Shown: positions 36,749 to 46,331, counted from the stretch's first letter. The stretch is DNA of 46,331 nt from Verrucomicrobiota bacterium (GCA_039027395.1 JBCCKK010000001.1:1-46331), one strand, 5' to 3'. The notes: a model not told the origin generated them from the letters alone. Made by a program: numbers and translations.

Positions 36749-36979
36749 TCATCTGCCTTCGAGATCAGCACCGAAATAAGCTTCTAGAAACCTCACGCGT
36801 TCCGTCGGAGACGGAAGACCTTTGAGAATCTCTGACAGATGTTGCTTGGAGAGCGTCGACGAATCCAATTCGACGATATTGTAAATTCCAATCTGGTGAA
36901 TGTTTACATTGAAGGAGCCGGAACTTACGATTTCTGATTTCCTTCCTTTCCTGGAACTTTTAAAAAAATGAAACACCAT
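36749..36979 (-). CDS. Small hypothetical protein (76 aa)
   Basis: Its start overlaps the stop of the upstream HTH gene by 1 nt at 36979, which suggests translational coupling. No motif recognised. Confidence 0.35.
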   Translation of the reverse strand: MVFHFFKSSRKGRKSEIVSSGSFNVNIHQIGIYNIVELDSSTLSKQHLSEILKGLPSPTERVRFLEAYFGADLEGR

Positions 36980-37518
36980 TAGGAATTGTGTTTCAGCGCG
37001 CTAAGAATCAGGCTTCGTTCTTCAGGAGATAGTCTCAAAAATGTTAGAAGCTCTTCCGAGATGGCACTTGTCCCTTCGTTGACAATCGAATGATGTCCTT
37101 GCTGAACAACGTTTCGATTTCGATCTCCCTCTGAAGAGATTCCATTTACCGGTCGAATCAGATCCATGGGAGGTAGGCGCATGTACTCTGCGATCAGGTC
37201 GACGTCCCGCAAAGTGATCGGTCGATCCTTATCAAAAACAAATCTCCTTCCGTGATAAGTCTGTGTGCTTTCTGCCTTTGATTGGTATCCGAGGACCCTG
37301 CCCAGTTCAGCGTAGCTGATTCGGTATTTCGAAAGAAATTCATCGACCGAATCTCGAATGAATTGCTCATCAATCCGATTATCAGGCTCTCCGCTACCGC
37401 CTTTTGATTGAGGCATCACACAGAAGTCTAGGAGTTTTGAAACTTTCGTCAAGGTGTCCCCATGGATATAGAAATTCCCTGGAGAATGTCTGTACAGATT
37501 GAAGGGGAAATGGTACAC
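36979..37518 (-). CDS. HTH (XRE-like) DNA-binding protein
   Basis: The segment ISYAELGRVLGYQSKAESTQ resembles an XRE-type HTH. The gene is divergent from the serine recombinase gene. Confidence 0.45.
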   Translation of the reverse strand: MYHFPFNLYRHSPGNFYIHGDTLTKVSKLLDFCVMPQSKGGSGEPDNRIDEQFIRDSVDEFLSKYRISYAELGRVLGYQSKAESTQTYHGRRFVFDKDRPITLRDVDLIAEYMRLPPMDLIRPVNGISSEGDRNRNVVQQGHHSIVNEGTSAISEELLTFLRLSPEERSLILSALKHNS

Positions 37519-37833
37519 TTATATACCTCCAGTTTTTAATCTCCAATATCTCATGCCGTCAAAATCTCAAACCCCGAACCACATCATCAGAAATCGCAAC
37601 AAACGCATCGAAATCTTCGTCGAGAGAGGACCTGAGGAAAAGTCTGAAGAAGCATTTCGTATTCTATCGGAACTCTTTTTTCAATGGGGGATTTATGAAG
37701 ACAGTGAATGAAAGCTGTACAATTTTTTGACTGATTATTAACTACTAGTTTATACTAACAAGACATCGTAATATCCACAATCGGCAACGAACAGTATGTA
37801 GCAATCTACCTGAGAGTTAGCACTCAGGAGCAA

Positions 37834-39549
37834 ATGCGGGATGGTTACGGCCTTGAGGCACAAGAGAATAATCTACGGGATTATATCGAATCAAACCGTG
37901 TCCTGGGATTTGATGAATCAGAGATTCGATTCTTCAAAGACATCCACACCGGATCAGTGCTTAATCGCCCCGATCTTACGAAGCTGATTGAAGAAATCAA
38001 AGCGGGTCACGTGAGCGCAGTAATCGTATGGAAAATAGATCGGCTATCCCGCTCTCTGAAACACCTGATTCATTTGGTCGAAATCATGGAACAACACGGT
38101 GTGGCTTTCATTTCCGTGCAGGAAAACATGGATTTTCGAGGAGCGATCGGGAAATTGGTATTCAATTTCTTTGCTTCGATTGCAGAGTTTGAACGATCAT
38201 TGATACGAGGAAGAACGCACCAGGGAAAGATTGCCTCTGCTGAGATGGGGAATTTCACTGGGGCCGTTGCGCCCTATGGCTACTCCAAAATTAGAAACTC
38301 CGGAAGAAAGGGCAGCAAGTTGGTCATAGATGAGAGACAGGCAAAGTGGGTTGATCAGATTTATCAATGGTATGTGTCTGAAGAAATTGGGCCAGAGGCG
38401 ATCGTCAAAAAACTGCAAAGTGACTTAGGAGCATTTGACGGAGAGTCAGCAAGAAAGCACAAGTCGCATCCTACAAAATGGACGATTGAAATCGTCACGG
38501 GTATTTTAACCAATCCAATCTATCGAGGAGAATATGTCGCCAACAAAAAGGATGAAAACGGCAACCTACTTCCGGTGGAGAAGTGGACGATTCTGAAAAC
38601 CCCCGCCATCATTGAGCCCCTTTTTTGGTTTCAGGCACAAGAAGCTCGTCGGAGTCGGAAGGCGGCACACGGAACTTACGAATATCTTCTGAGGGGCCTC
38701 ATTTATGACCAGACAATGGGAGGAAGAAAGCGCTTCAGTGGAGTTTCCCGAACGAAAGGAGGCCATTCCTACCGACGAAAAAAGACTGTTGATGCCAACG
38801 GACAAGTGTTCCCCGCCTTCGAGATTCCGGCAAAGCAATTGGAGGAGTATGTGTGGGGATTAGTGAAGAGTGCCATTCGTGAACCCCTTCGATTTTTTGA
38901 AGAATACACAAAAAATCGCTCACAACCGCGGCAGGATGTTGAGCAACTCGCAGCCATTAAGAATCAAATTGCTGCGATTGAATCTCAAGAGATTCCGAGA
39001 ATCCAATCAGCATACGAAAAGGGCATTTACAGCGAAGAGGATACAGCGAAGCGTCTTCAGGAGAAAGAGGAGAAATTGGCTGTGCTGCGCATTTCCGTTG
39101 AAGAGCAGGACACTCTAGTGGAAATCGAAGAGGAAGACCGGAAGATTCAGAAGAACTTAAATGCCATCTCTGAAAAGTTAAAACACAAGATCGAAAATCT
39201 TACCCGATCTGAAAAACGGATTCTCGTTTCGCTCTTTGTAAATTCCATTTGGTTGTGGCGCGATCCAAGAAACCCGAAAGGAGAGATTAAAGGGTGGATA
39301 AGTCTAAATTTCGATGACCACTACTTGGGCCGAATCGGCCGGAGTGGTCGAACTCATCAGACCAATGCAGAAGCAGGAATCGAGCGGAAAATTCCAGAAA
39401 CATGTCCAGGTGGTCAGCTGGCCCATACGAGATCCCAAAAACAATCAGAGGTCACAACTGTTCGAGAGGAAATGGTATTTGAATTCAGAATCGTAAAGCA
39501 ACCAAAGAGTGTAGAACGGACCGTTTTCTCAATTCGAAAAGCGAACTAA
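37834..39549 (+). CDS. Large serine recombinase; the conserved catalytic N-terminus is encoded upstream of this ATG (frame open from 37759)
   Basis: Resolvase-domain motifs VIVWKIDRLSRSLKHL and AEFERSLIRGRT, followed by a recombinase domain and a long coiled-coil C-terminus. Upstream and in frame is YVAIYLRVSTQEQ (37795-37833), the catalytic Ser motif. Confidence 0.85.
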   Translation: MRDGYGLEAQENNLRDYIESNRVLGFDESEIRFFKDIHTGSVLNRPDLTKLIEEIKAGHVSAVIVWKIDRLSRSLKHLIHLVEIMEQHGVAFISVQENMDFRGAIGKLVFNFFASIAEFERSLIRGRTHQGKIASAEMGNFTGAVAPYGYSKIRNSGRKGSKLVIDERQAKWVDQIYQWYVSEEIGPEAIVKKLQSDLGAFDGESARKHKSHPTKWTIEIVTGILTNPIYRGEYVANKKDENGNLLPVEKWTILKTPAIIEPLFWFQAQEARRSRKAAHGTYEYLLRGLIYDQTMGGRKRFSGVSRTKGGHSYRRKKTVDANGQVFPAFEIPAKQLEEYVWGLVKSAIREPLRFFEEYTKNRSQPRQDVEQLAAIKNQIAAIESQEIPRIQSAYEKGIYSEEDTAKRLQEKEEKLAVLRISVEEQDTLVEIEEEDRKIQKNLNAISEKLKHKIENLTRSEKRILVSLFVNSIWLWRDPRNPKGEIKGWISLNFDDHYLGRIGRSGRTHQTNAEAGIERKIPETCPGGQLAHTRSQKQSEVTTVREEMVFEFRIVKQPKSVERTVFSIRKAN

Positions 39550-39787
39550 GAGATAAAGAGATTTTCGAAGCAAGCCCTGAAATAGAATATTGGGGGATGA
39601 AATAGCTCAATCGCCTGCAACACAGAAAGCAAGAGCGGATATGGGCGTTCCAGAAAGCTGCAAAAATGATCCTGCGAACCACCAACGAGAAGATTGCAGG
39701 CCTCGTGTCAAAACGTCCATAAAGTTACTCTAAAGTCTCGTTGGGATTTTCGATCTTATCCTAACATCAGCTTACATCCTCGGCAGT

Positions 39788-40411
39788 CTAGCAAGGAGGG
39801 GTCACTAAGGCCTGTGCGTCATTGATCGGAACGTGCGGTTTGCCGCCTGTTCTCATATTCAGCATCTTCACAAGATCTGGAAGATCTGCATATTGAATTC
39901 GAGCTGGTGACTTACTGTTCACGGCAATCATTTGAGAAGAACTGTGGTATTTCACACTCCATTTTTCAGAGAGTCCCCCACTACTTGAGTTCGCACCACG
40001 TGAAATTGGGACAATCCTTAAATATGAAAACCCCTTCAACCGCGCAACTCTTCTATTCATGACGTGGTCGAAAACAAATTTACGATCAGCAAACTTTTCA
40101 AACGCCTTTAAAAACACAGACCGATATCTTGTGTAATTCACATGGACCCACACCTGCTTTGGGTGATGCAAAATTTTGGATTCCTCGAGTTGGCATATCG
40201 GGGGATCGTCCTGCTCTGACCTGGAGTAAGGCTCGACAAAAAGAGCATTGTTCGGAGTCCCCGCAGCCAAAACCCTCTTTATTCGACCTATATATTTTGA
40301 GATATCACTCTCCTCCCTGGCTGCGATAGAGACTTGCACCGAAGCGGGTAAACCAAACTTCAAAATGGCCAAGTTAGTCGCAACCTTATCTATCTGCGGA
40401 TTTTTTCCCAT
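39788..40411 (-). CDS. Hypothetical protein (207 aa)
   Basis: Isolated long ORF between the serine recombinase gene and an IS30 remnant. No domain recognised. Confidence 0.45.
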   Translation of the reverse strand: MGKNPQIDKVATNLAILKFGLPASVQVSIAAREESDISKYIGRIKRVLAAGTPNNALFVEPYSRSEQDDPPICQLEESKILHHPKQVWVHVNYTRYRSVFLKAFEKFADRKFVFDHVMNRRVARLKGFSYLRIVPISRGANSSSGGLSEKWSVKYHSSSQMIAVNSKSPARIQYADLPDLVKMLNMRTGGKPHVPINDAQALVTPPC

Positions 40412-40502
40412 TTGTTTTTTAGTTCATCTAAAGCAAATCGCGCAAAACTTTCTTGCCGGATCACTAACCTTAACAGTTACCTCGGGGAAGAATTAACCAC
40501 GG

Positions 40503-40613
40503 TTACACTCTTACAAGCCTGCTTGCCATCTCTCGCTGACTTTTCCCGTTAAGCTTCAGGTGAGCGATCACCTCCCTCTCGTGATCACTCAGTTGTCGAT
40601 ACTTCAAGCGCAA
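40503..40613 (-). pseudogene. IS30-family transposase N-terminal HTH remnant (36 codons)
   Basis: The minus-strand translation (M/L)RLKYRQLSDHEREVIAHLKLNGKSQREMASRLVRV* fits the IS30 pattern Y.hLs.eER..I......G.S...IA..LgR. It then stops, and no catalytic domain follows. Confidence 0.5.
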
Positions 40614-40707
40614 GTTACCTCATAGAAAGGGCGCATTGTCTTCCTGAGGTGTTGCGCTCAATTCCTGAATTCAAGAAACCCAATAACCTCAAACTCCCAG
40701 CGTAACT

Positions 40708-41628
40708 TCAATCTCTTCGGTCACAGGACGAGTAACGATACAATAGTAGTAGAATCACGCAAACTACCGCCGTAACCACAAAGAGCTTCTTTAGGCTCTG
40801 AAATTTTTGATATGCGCCTTTCCGAGTTTTTCCCTCTCCAATTGGAGCTGGGTAAAACGATCTCTTACTAGATGCCAACTCAGGATCAAAGGGGCCACGT
40901 GAAAGCCCCTTCTCCATAACCACATCAAAGGAAGAACTGAAATCAGCCCGAAAAAAATAGGTTTTTCCACCTGAACTGAGCCCGATTTGCTTTGAATCGC
41001 GATTTACACTCTTCAATTCCAACCCTTTTGATAACACTTCGTTCAATGAATCAAAATCTACTCGAACCAGAATTCTATCTTTTAGATTATATGCATAAAT
41101 TCGACTATTCGAGTGTTCGCCGGTATCTTTGTCCTCAACTTCTGCCTCAGCAAGAAGAACATCATCGGAAACCCATCGCCATGCCCCAATAGTACCACGA
41201 TCCAAAGAATCGAATGTCACAAGTGGTAACTGGACACCGATCTCTCGATAACGTCCTTCCCCTCCTATCTCATACATGCGGACAACATCTGCACCATTGA
41301 CTAAAAGTAGTCTACCATCGGGACTCAAAAACCCCGAACCTTCCGAACCCCAAGAAGTTCCTCCCAATATTCTTTCATCCGTCACTAATTCAATTTTTTT
41401 TGATGGTATTACTATTTTTTTAGTGAAAACGATCACCTCCGTCCCCCCTTTAGAAACTGAAGCCAGATCTTCTTCTACCATCTCAGCCTTAATGGGCTTC
41501 CCAACCCGTAGCCAGCTTGGCTTTGGCTGATTTAAAAAAATCCTATATTCTTCCGAATGCCCATTATGGGAGAGCACAAATCCAGGGAAAGAAAAAATGA
41601 CGAAAAACATGAGAACCAAACATCTCAT
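40708..41628 (-). CDS. Secreted TolB/PD40-like beta-propeller-type protein with a C-terminal TM anchor
   Basis: Signal peptide MRCLVLMFFVIFSFPGFVLS. The SPDGRLLLVNGADVVRMYEIGGEG-type repeat resembles PD40. C-terminal hydrophobic segment LFVVTAVVCVILLLLY. Confidence 0.5.
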   Translation of the reverse strand: MRCLVLMFFVIFSFPGFVLSHNGHSEEYRIFLNQPKPSWLRVGKPIKAEMVEEDLASVSKGGTEVIVFTKKIVIPSKKIELVTDERILGGTSWGSEGSGFLSPDGRLLLVNGADVVRMYEIGGEGRYREIGVQLPLVTFDSLDRGTIGAWRWVSDDVLLAEAEVEDKDTGEHSNSRIYAYNLKDRILVRVDFDSLNEVLSKGLELKSVNRDSKQIGLSSGGKTYFFRADFSSSFDVVMEKGLSRGPFDPELASSKRSFYPAPIGEGKTRKGAYQKFQSLKKLFVVTAVVCVILLLLYRYSSCDRRD

Positions 41629-41632
41629 TTAT

Positions 41633-44600
41633 CTATTTCTGTATTACGATATTACTATAGATTGAACTCGCCACATTCTCAGCGAATCTCAATTTTATTT
41701 CGTTACCTCTCTCTCCCGGAAGACGAATAGAGTCTAATGCGCCCTCATTTGATAAGAATTCAACCTCAATCAGCGTTCCTCGAACAGGGTGAAATTGAGA
41801 AGTATTCCCGTAGTAAGTATCGCTCAAAACCGCTAAATCCCGATACTTCGGATCCCGATGTGTCCCGTCTGCATCGAACGCGAGTATAGCATTTAGAGTC
41901 GCAGCTTGGACGTTCTCACCAAGTCGTTCATCCTCCTCACTATTTACTTGATCATTTGTTCGGTTCAGATACTCAGTTCCGCGAGCGGTTCTATTTTCTG
42001 CCGAATTGAAATGGACACTAACAAATACGTCTGCACCTTCCTGGCGTGCCATCTTTGCGCGCTCGGAATTCTGCACATATACATCAGACTCACGTGTCAT
42101 AAAAACCCTTAGATTTTTTCCTTGAGTGCCAAACATCTCAATAATCTCTCTTTTCAACTCCAACCCATACACTAGAGCCAAGTCAGCTTCCTCAACCGAG
42201 CTTTCTCTACGAGCTATGGCGCCGGGATCAAAACCTCCATGGCCCGGATCGATTACTACGACCGCCGGCACCTCCATGTTAATCAAATCAATGGAATCCT
42301 GAAATCCCTTGATTTGTAATTTTACTTTCACTCGGTTTAATCCAATGGGAGGCACATTTACCCGAACAGAAGTATTACCATTTTCATCAATAGTTGTCTC
42401 AGCCACTTCGTTGTTGATCCTTTTGAACCCACTCGAACCGTATGATATCGATGCCTCGAAACGATCACTGTGATGCAGACTGTTCGACCAATTGCCTCGT
42501 ATAGTTTCCAAATCACCATCTTTCAATGCTTCGAGAGACCAAATGACCGTCTTGCCTCGAAGCATCTTCCCTACTCTTACTTTCAACTCACGATGCGCAA
42601 TTCGCTGATTGGACGGATCGATTTTAACGAACGGGGTCAATGGAAGTCCTTCATTAGGAATTTCAGAACCTATGATTTCGCGACCCTCTTCATCCCGGAC
42701 TCGCGGAGACAGTTCTACTACATCTACTGGTAACAACCTTGTATCCAAACTATACTTTAAGAGTCCACCCAAAATATCTTCGTAATTAATCCTTAGTGAA
42801 TGATACAAAATACGAGCTGCTGCGAGCGGAGTCTTATCGAAGAGCCCGCGATATCCACCCTGCGATAGAACGAAATCAGTTATGTCTTCTAGGTCACCTT
42901 CTGAAAGAATCTCTTCAATCAATCCAAAATCAAAGTCCTCAACCTCACCAATCCCAAGTTCAGAAATCATTCCTGCAGCGACCACTAAGTCAGAGCTCTC
43001 ATCGCTCAGCATCTCAAAATCATGAAGTGTCGGCAAATCTTCAGGTCGTGTCTCTGTGTTGGGCTGATCAACAACTTGAGAACCTGAACCGCCGTAGAAT
43101 CCAGAAGCTTTTCTCGCCATTCGGTAGTATGATATCACTTCACCAGTTTCCGGGTCAACCACGTCAGGGTCGTGTCTATATAAATCGTAATGATATTGAA
43201 AGGAGCGGGTACGATTTTTCTCCTCCGTTGCTTTTTGGCCTTTTTCAGAAGCAAAATATTTCAAGGTCCCTAGAATCTGTTGAAGCGCTTCTTCCGGATC
43301 CCAATGAGCTTCCGCTTTTTCCACCAACATGTGAGTTCGGGCTTTTATCTCCGAAGCTAATCCCGCCATCTTGATCTCCTCGTCAATCTCATTAATGATT
43401 GAATCTGTTGCTACATTTCCACCTTGCGCCAGAAGAATCTGGTGATACAACGGATCTGCTTTTTTACTCTCAGAAGGAAGCTCCATCCATTTCAACGTGC
43501 TCTGAAAGTCATTGCGAACCTCTACCTCCTCTTGAAAAAGCCTCAAAATTGATTCCTCAATTCTCTCGCGATAGTCATCTCTTGCTTCCTGTACGATTGC
43601 AAGCTGCTCCGAATAGAATTTTCGATCAACTTCTGCATAAGCTGGATTTCCAACAAATACTTCTGAGTTTGCCATCGCATCGTAAGCAGCGAGCTCGTTC
43701 GCGTGTGCAGCGTAAATCAGATTACGTAGTGAGTTTTCTATCGCTTCACTATATTTTGTCCGGTTTGCCATCAACGATCCGATGACTTCGTTTAGCTGAT
43801 GATGTGCAAAAGAGTTCGTAGCTTCACCCATCAACCGTTTTTGCTCTGAGTGGAACCAGTTCTCTCGATTTTGATATTCGCCTTTCGTTTCATTTGGGTT
43901 TCTCCGGAGCAGGAATTCAAAATAGTCTTCCCAGCTCATTCGAGCATCACTTGCATTTAATTTCTGTGTGAGTTCGGCAATCAGACCATCCCAACGACTC
44001 TCTGAATTCAAGATGGACTCCAAATATTCCTGCGACTTCCTCACATCATTCAAACCTTCTAAGCGGTTTTTAAGAGTGGTGAAAAAGGTCCAACCCTGGT
44101 TACTCCTCTTAGCAAAGAATTCGTCCACGCTTCGAACCAACTCGCTCGATGACGCAAGTCTCCTCATTTCCGCGTATTGCTCAATTTCCGCGTATCGGAG
44201 AGACGTTTCTTCCTCAGCTTCGTCAGCTAGGTTACTCAAAAATTCGAACCTCTCGTGAAAAAAAGCGTCTTTCTCCTGATATAACTGGATTATGGGGTCT
44301 CGATTCTCTCTAAGATACTCCTCCCATTGCCCCTGTGACCATGTGCTTGGTTTTGTTGAACTAATCCCAGAGATTCGCTCTTCGTAGTCTTTCCTAACGA
44401 TTTCGAGGATGCGCGATTTTTCCTCAGACGCCCAGGTGATGTAGTGCTCGGGGAATCGGGTCAGAAGTTCCGATTGTCGTTTGAGATCCTCCACCTCTTC
44501 CTCAAGGGAAGTTGAGTTTTCAGCAATATCTTGAGTGTATTGTTCTATTTTTACATCTCTGGACTGGTAACTCTTCCAGGCGGCATACTTCTCAGCCCAT

Positions 44601-45823
44601 CGACGAAGCGATGCACTTTGATAACTATATTTAGCCCAGAAAATCCCTGCGTCGTAATCTGCTGCTAGTGACTCCCAATTCTGAAAACTAGCGAAGTCAC
44701 CGTACAACAAGGTTGCTGCTTGACTATCCGGACCGGGTGTTCGTACCCATAATCTTAGATTTCTTTGTGCTTCATATATCTCATTAAGGAGCTCTTCGGA
44801 CCTATCAAGACTTCTTCTAAAGTCACTCTTAAACAATTCGTCATCGCTGTCGGACGGTCGAGAAATCGGAAAGAAAATTTGTAGATCTGTCGAGTGATCA
44901 ATTTCCACTTTAGAAGCAAAGATCTTGCTTATAGCAAGACTCAATTTTTCCGCCCGAAGAGACTCTAAATCAGATTCGAGTGCGACTTGTTTTTGAAGAA
45001 ATAATTCGTCGATTTCTTCCAAGCTTCTATAATCTATCGTGCCACCCACATTGATTAGCTCCAACTCGATCCATCCATACATTGTATCCGTGAACCATGG
45101 AAGCTTCTCAAGACCCGCTTCAGGCCCCCAAAATTTCTTCGCTACTCGAATGATGGCAGCATTTCTCTGAGCTTGATTGAACCGATCAACCCGATAACGG
45201 TCTTCTATTATAAAGGAATCTTTTTCGCTTGGCAGTCCTTCTAACGTATTTAAGAGCTCCAGTTCTCTCTGACTTATTTCGCTTAGATCCAAAGTCGCTG
45301 TGTTAACTGCATATCCATTCCGAATACCTTCTCGATAGACCCGATTATTCTCGGAATAATAAAACTTTAGGACTTCTTCGATTTCTTCTTCAGTCCAGGG
45401 GACCGAGTGCTCGGATACGAAGTTTGTATCTAATGATGGGTCAAGTAGTACGATTCTGTAAAACCAAGATCCTTTAGTGGTTGGTTCGCTAATAAAATAT
45501 GCAGCTGAACCAGTGGTGGAGAAGATTGGCTGATCATAAGTTTTCTCCCATCTGAAAGAATCAGTCGAACGCTCAATATTGTATCCGTATGCTCCCAAGT
45601 TTTCTATGTTAAGCAACCATGCTTCTCGATCTATGCGGAGAGTTGGAATGTCGTTTGCACTTGATCGTTTACTTGAAAGCAAAAGTAAGAAAGAGGTAAT
45701 AAGCCAGATTGGCTGCTTTGAGCTTCGCCATTTCATTTGCATGCGGAATAGAGTTTTGTGTCGTTTCACTGCTTCTGAGACAGCAACGAACTGGCAAGCC
45801 TTGGAATTGGTTGAAAGGCACAA
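41633..45823 (-). CDS. Very large (about 1370-1396 aa) secreted protein with a C-terminal N-acetylmuramoyl-L-alanine amidase (Amidase_3) domain
   Basis: C-terminal motifs VVIDPGHGGFDPGA, ADVFVSVHFNSAEN, ARGTEY, LIEVEFLSN. The likely start is Met28/30 (45742/45736), which precedes a signal peptide KQPIWLITSFLLLLSS. The roughly 1100-aa N-terminal region is mostly helical and unassigned. Confidence 0.8.
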   Translation of the reverse strand: MCLSTNSKACQFVAVSEAVKRHKTLFRMQMKWRSSKQPIWLITSFLLLLSSKRSSANDIPTLRIDREAWLLNIENLGAYGYNIERSTDSFRWEKTYDQPIFSTTGSAAYFISEPTTKGSWFYRIVLLDPSLDTNFVSEHSVPWTEEEIEEVLKFYYSENNRVYREGIRNGYAVNTATLDLSEISQRELELLNTLEGLPSEKDSFIIEDRYRVDRFNQAQRNAAIIRVAKKFWGPEAGLEKLPWFTDTMYGWIELELINVGGTIDYRSLEEIDELFLQKQVALESDLESLRAEKLSLAISKIFASKVEIDHSTDLQIFFPISRPSDSDDELFKSDFRRSLDRSEELLNEIYEAQRNLRLWVRTPGPDSQAATLLYGDFASFQNWESLAADYDAGIFWAKYSYQSASLRRWAEKYAAWKSYQSRDVKIEQYTQDIAENSTSLEEEVEDLKRQSELLTRFPEHYITWASEEKSRILEIVRKDYEERISGISSTKPSTWSQGQWEEYLRENRDPIIQLYQEKDAFFHERFEFLSNLADEAEEETSLRYAEIEQYAEMRRLASSSELVRSVDEFFAKRSNQGWTFFTTLKNRLEGLNDVRKSQEYLESILNSESRWDGLIAELTQKLNASDARMSWEDYFEFLLRRNPNETKGEYQNRENWFHSEQKRLMGEATNSFAHHQLNEVIGSLMANRTKYSEAIENSLRNLIYAAHANELAAYDAMANSEVFVGNPAYAEVDRKFYSEQLAIVQEARDDYRERIEESILRLFQEEVEVRNDFQSTLKWMELPSESKKADPLYHQILLAQGGNVATDSIINEIDEEIKMAGLASEIKARTHMLVEKAEAHWDPEEALQQILGTLKYFASEKGQKATEEKNRTRSFQYHYDLYRHDPDVVDPETGEVISYYRMARKASGFYGGSGSQVVDQPNTETRPEDLPTLHDFEMLSDESSDLVVAAGMISELGIGEVEDFDFGLIEEILSEGDLEDITDFVLSQGGYRGLFDKTPLAAARILYHSLRINYEDILGGLLKYSLDTRLLPVDVVELSPRVRDEEGREIIGSEIPNEGLPLTPFVKIDPSNQRIAHRELKVRVGKMLRGKTVIWSLEALKDGDLETIRGNWSNSLHHSDRFEASISYGSSGFKRINNEVAETTIDENGNTSVRVNVPPIGLNRVKVKLQIKGFQDSIDLINMEVPAVVVIDPGHGGFDPGAIARRESSVEEADLALVYGLELKREIIEMFGTQGKNLRVFMTRESDVYVQNSERAKMARQEGADVFVSVHFNSAENRTARGTEYLNRTNDQVNSEEDERLGENVQAATLNAILAFDADGTHRDPKYRDLAVLSDTYYGNTSQFHPVRGTLIEVEFLSNEGALDSIRLPGERGNEIKLRFAENVASSIYSNIVIQK

Positions 45824-46242
45824 TTCCTTGAGGACTCTGGCGTGCAGACATGTTAAAACTTAGACGTTTGTCTTTGATTTTCATTAGGCTGAATATGGCT
45901 TTTAATTGAGATCGAAGGGTTCAAGAATCAATCACGAGAGTTTGAAACACCTTTGCATTTGCCTTTTGAAAAGGAGTAAGCAGACAATTCCAGAAGATCA
46001 CCAATAGGTTGAAGTGATCTCTTTGATAAAAATGATATCTATGGAAAATTCCAGCTGCAGCAAGGAGGCTGTATGCCCTCAGACAGGAGCCTAGTTTTTA
46101 CCCGATCAGTTTTTCAAACCTTCAAGATTAACCTGGGTCCTTTCTACTTGCGATTTTTCTAGTAGTGGGATTACTACTTCTAACTCAGAGGTCGGCTTTT
46201 TGAGAAAGCGGACATCCGAGAAATTCTTTCATCTCATTAATT

Positions 46243-46331
46243 ATGAAGATTCTAAAGAAAAAGGGCAAATCGGTTTCGAGGTTTTCAAAGGTTGTTTGCT
46301 CTGCATGCCTTTTGGTGGCGATCTCAATGCA
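46243..46331 (+). CDS. Possible 5' end of a secreted/lipoprotein-like gene that runs off the window
   Basis: An ATG at 46243 gives MKILKKKGKSVSRFSKVVCSACLLVAISM..., a basic then hydrophobic N-terminus. Only 29 codons are visible. Confidence 0.25.
   Translation, partial: MKILKKKGKSVSRFSKVVCSACLLVAISM

Noticed and set aside
41394-41421. A8 and A7 tracts (on the coding strand) inside the TolB-like gene as slippage sites
   Set aside because: They simply encode Lys-Lys pairs (PSKKIE, FTKKIV). Tracts of this length are borderline for phase variation, and there is no supporting evidence in a single sequence.
1-46331. Complete conjugative T4SS, prophage structural genes, CRISPR-Cas, or rRNA genes
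   Set aside because: No VirB4/VirB-type, capsid/terminase/tail, cas or rRNA signatures were recognised in any frame, so the mobility content is limited to the integration and TraD-like/replication-relaxation modules.

Overview
This 46.3-kb window is almost entirely mobile or accessory DNA. The left 6.1 kb holds the 3' end of a RepA/AAA_25-type helicase gene, followed directly by an iteron array (538-709). Next come small secreted/membrane ORFs and a minus-strand operon encoding an SRA-HNH type IV restriction enzyme, a Nudix hydrolase, a secreted EEP nuclease/phosphatase and a TPR-like protein. A 44-nt 3' fragment of tRNA-Thr(UGU) at 6117-6160 marks an att junction. To its right are a tyrosine integrase and an excisionase belonging to a second island that runs past the right edge of the window. 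That island contains: decayed IS remnants; an operon of PA14/discoidin protein, HEAT-like membrane protein, 1835-aa RHS toxin and immunity gene; an HExxH gene split by an in-frame TGA; and two paralogous DNA-mobilisation modules, each a VirD4/TraD-like ATPase plus a replication-relaxation protein. The second module also has a zf-CHC2/Toprim primase-like gene, DUF3768, an HTH regulator and a large serine recombinase. The island further carries a tight operon of three coiled-coil proteins, a membrane pentapeptide-repeat protein, and a 1396-aa protein ending in an amidase_3 domain. The non-coding observations are: (1) GTTC/GAAC-core iteron clusters at three loci; (2) a roughly 340-nt non-coding region (28861-29202) with nested long-range helices and palindromes, which could be a structured RNA or an origin; (3) two mobility genes whose conserved N-termini lie upstream of any ATG/GTG/TTG codon. 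No rRNA gene, intact tRNA gene, CRISPR array or T4SS channel gene was seen. All family assignments come from motif recognition by eye, not from searches.
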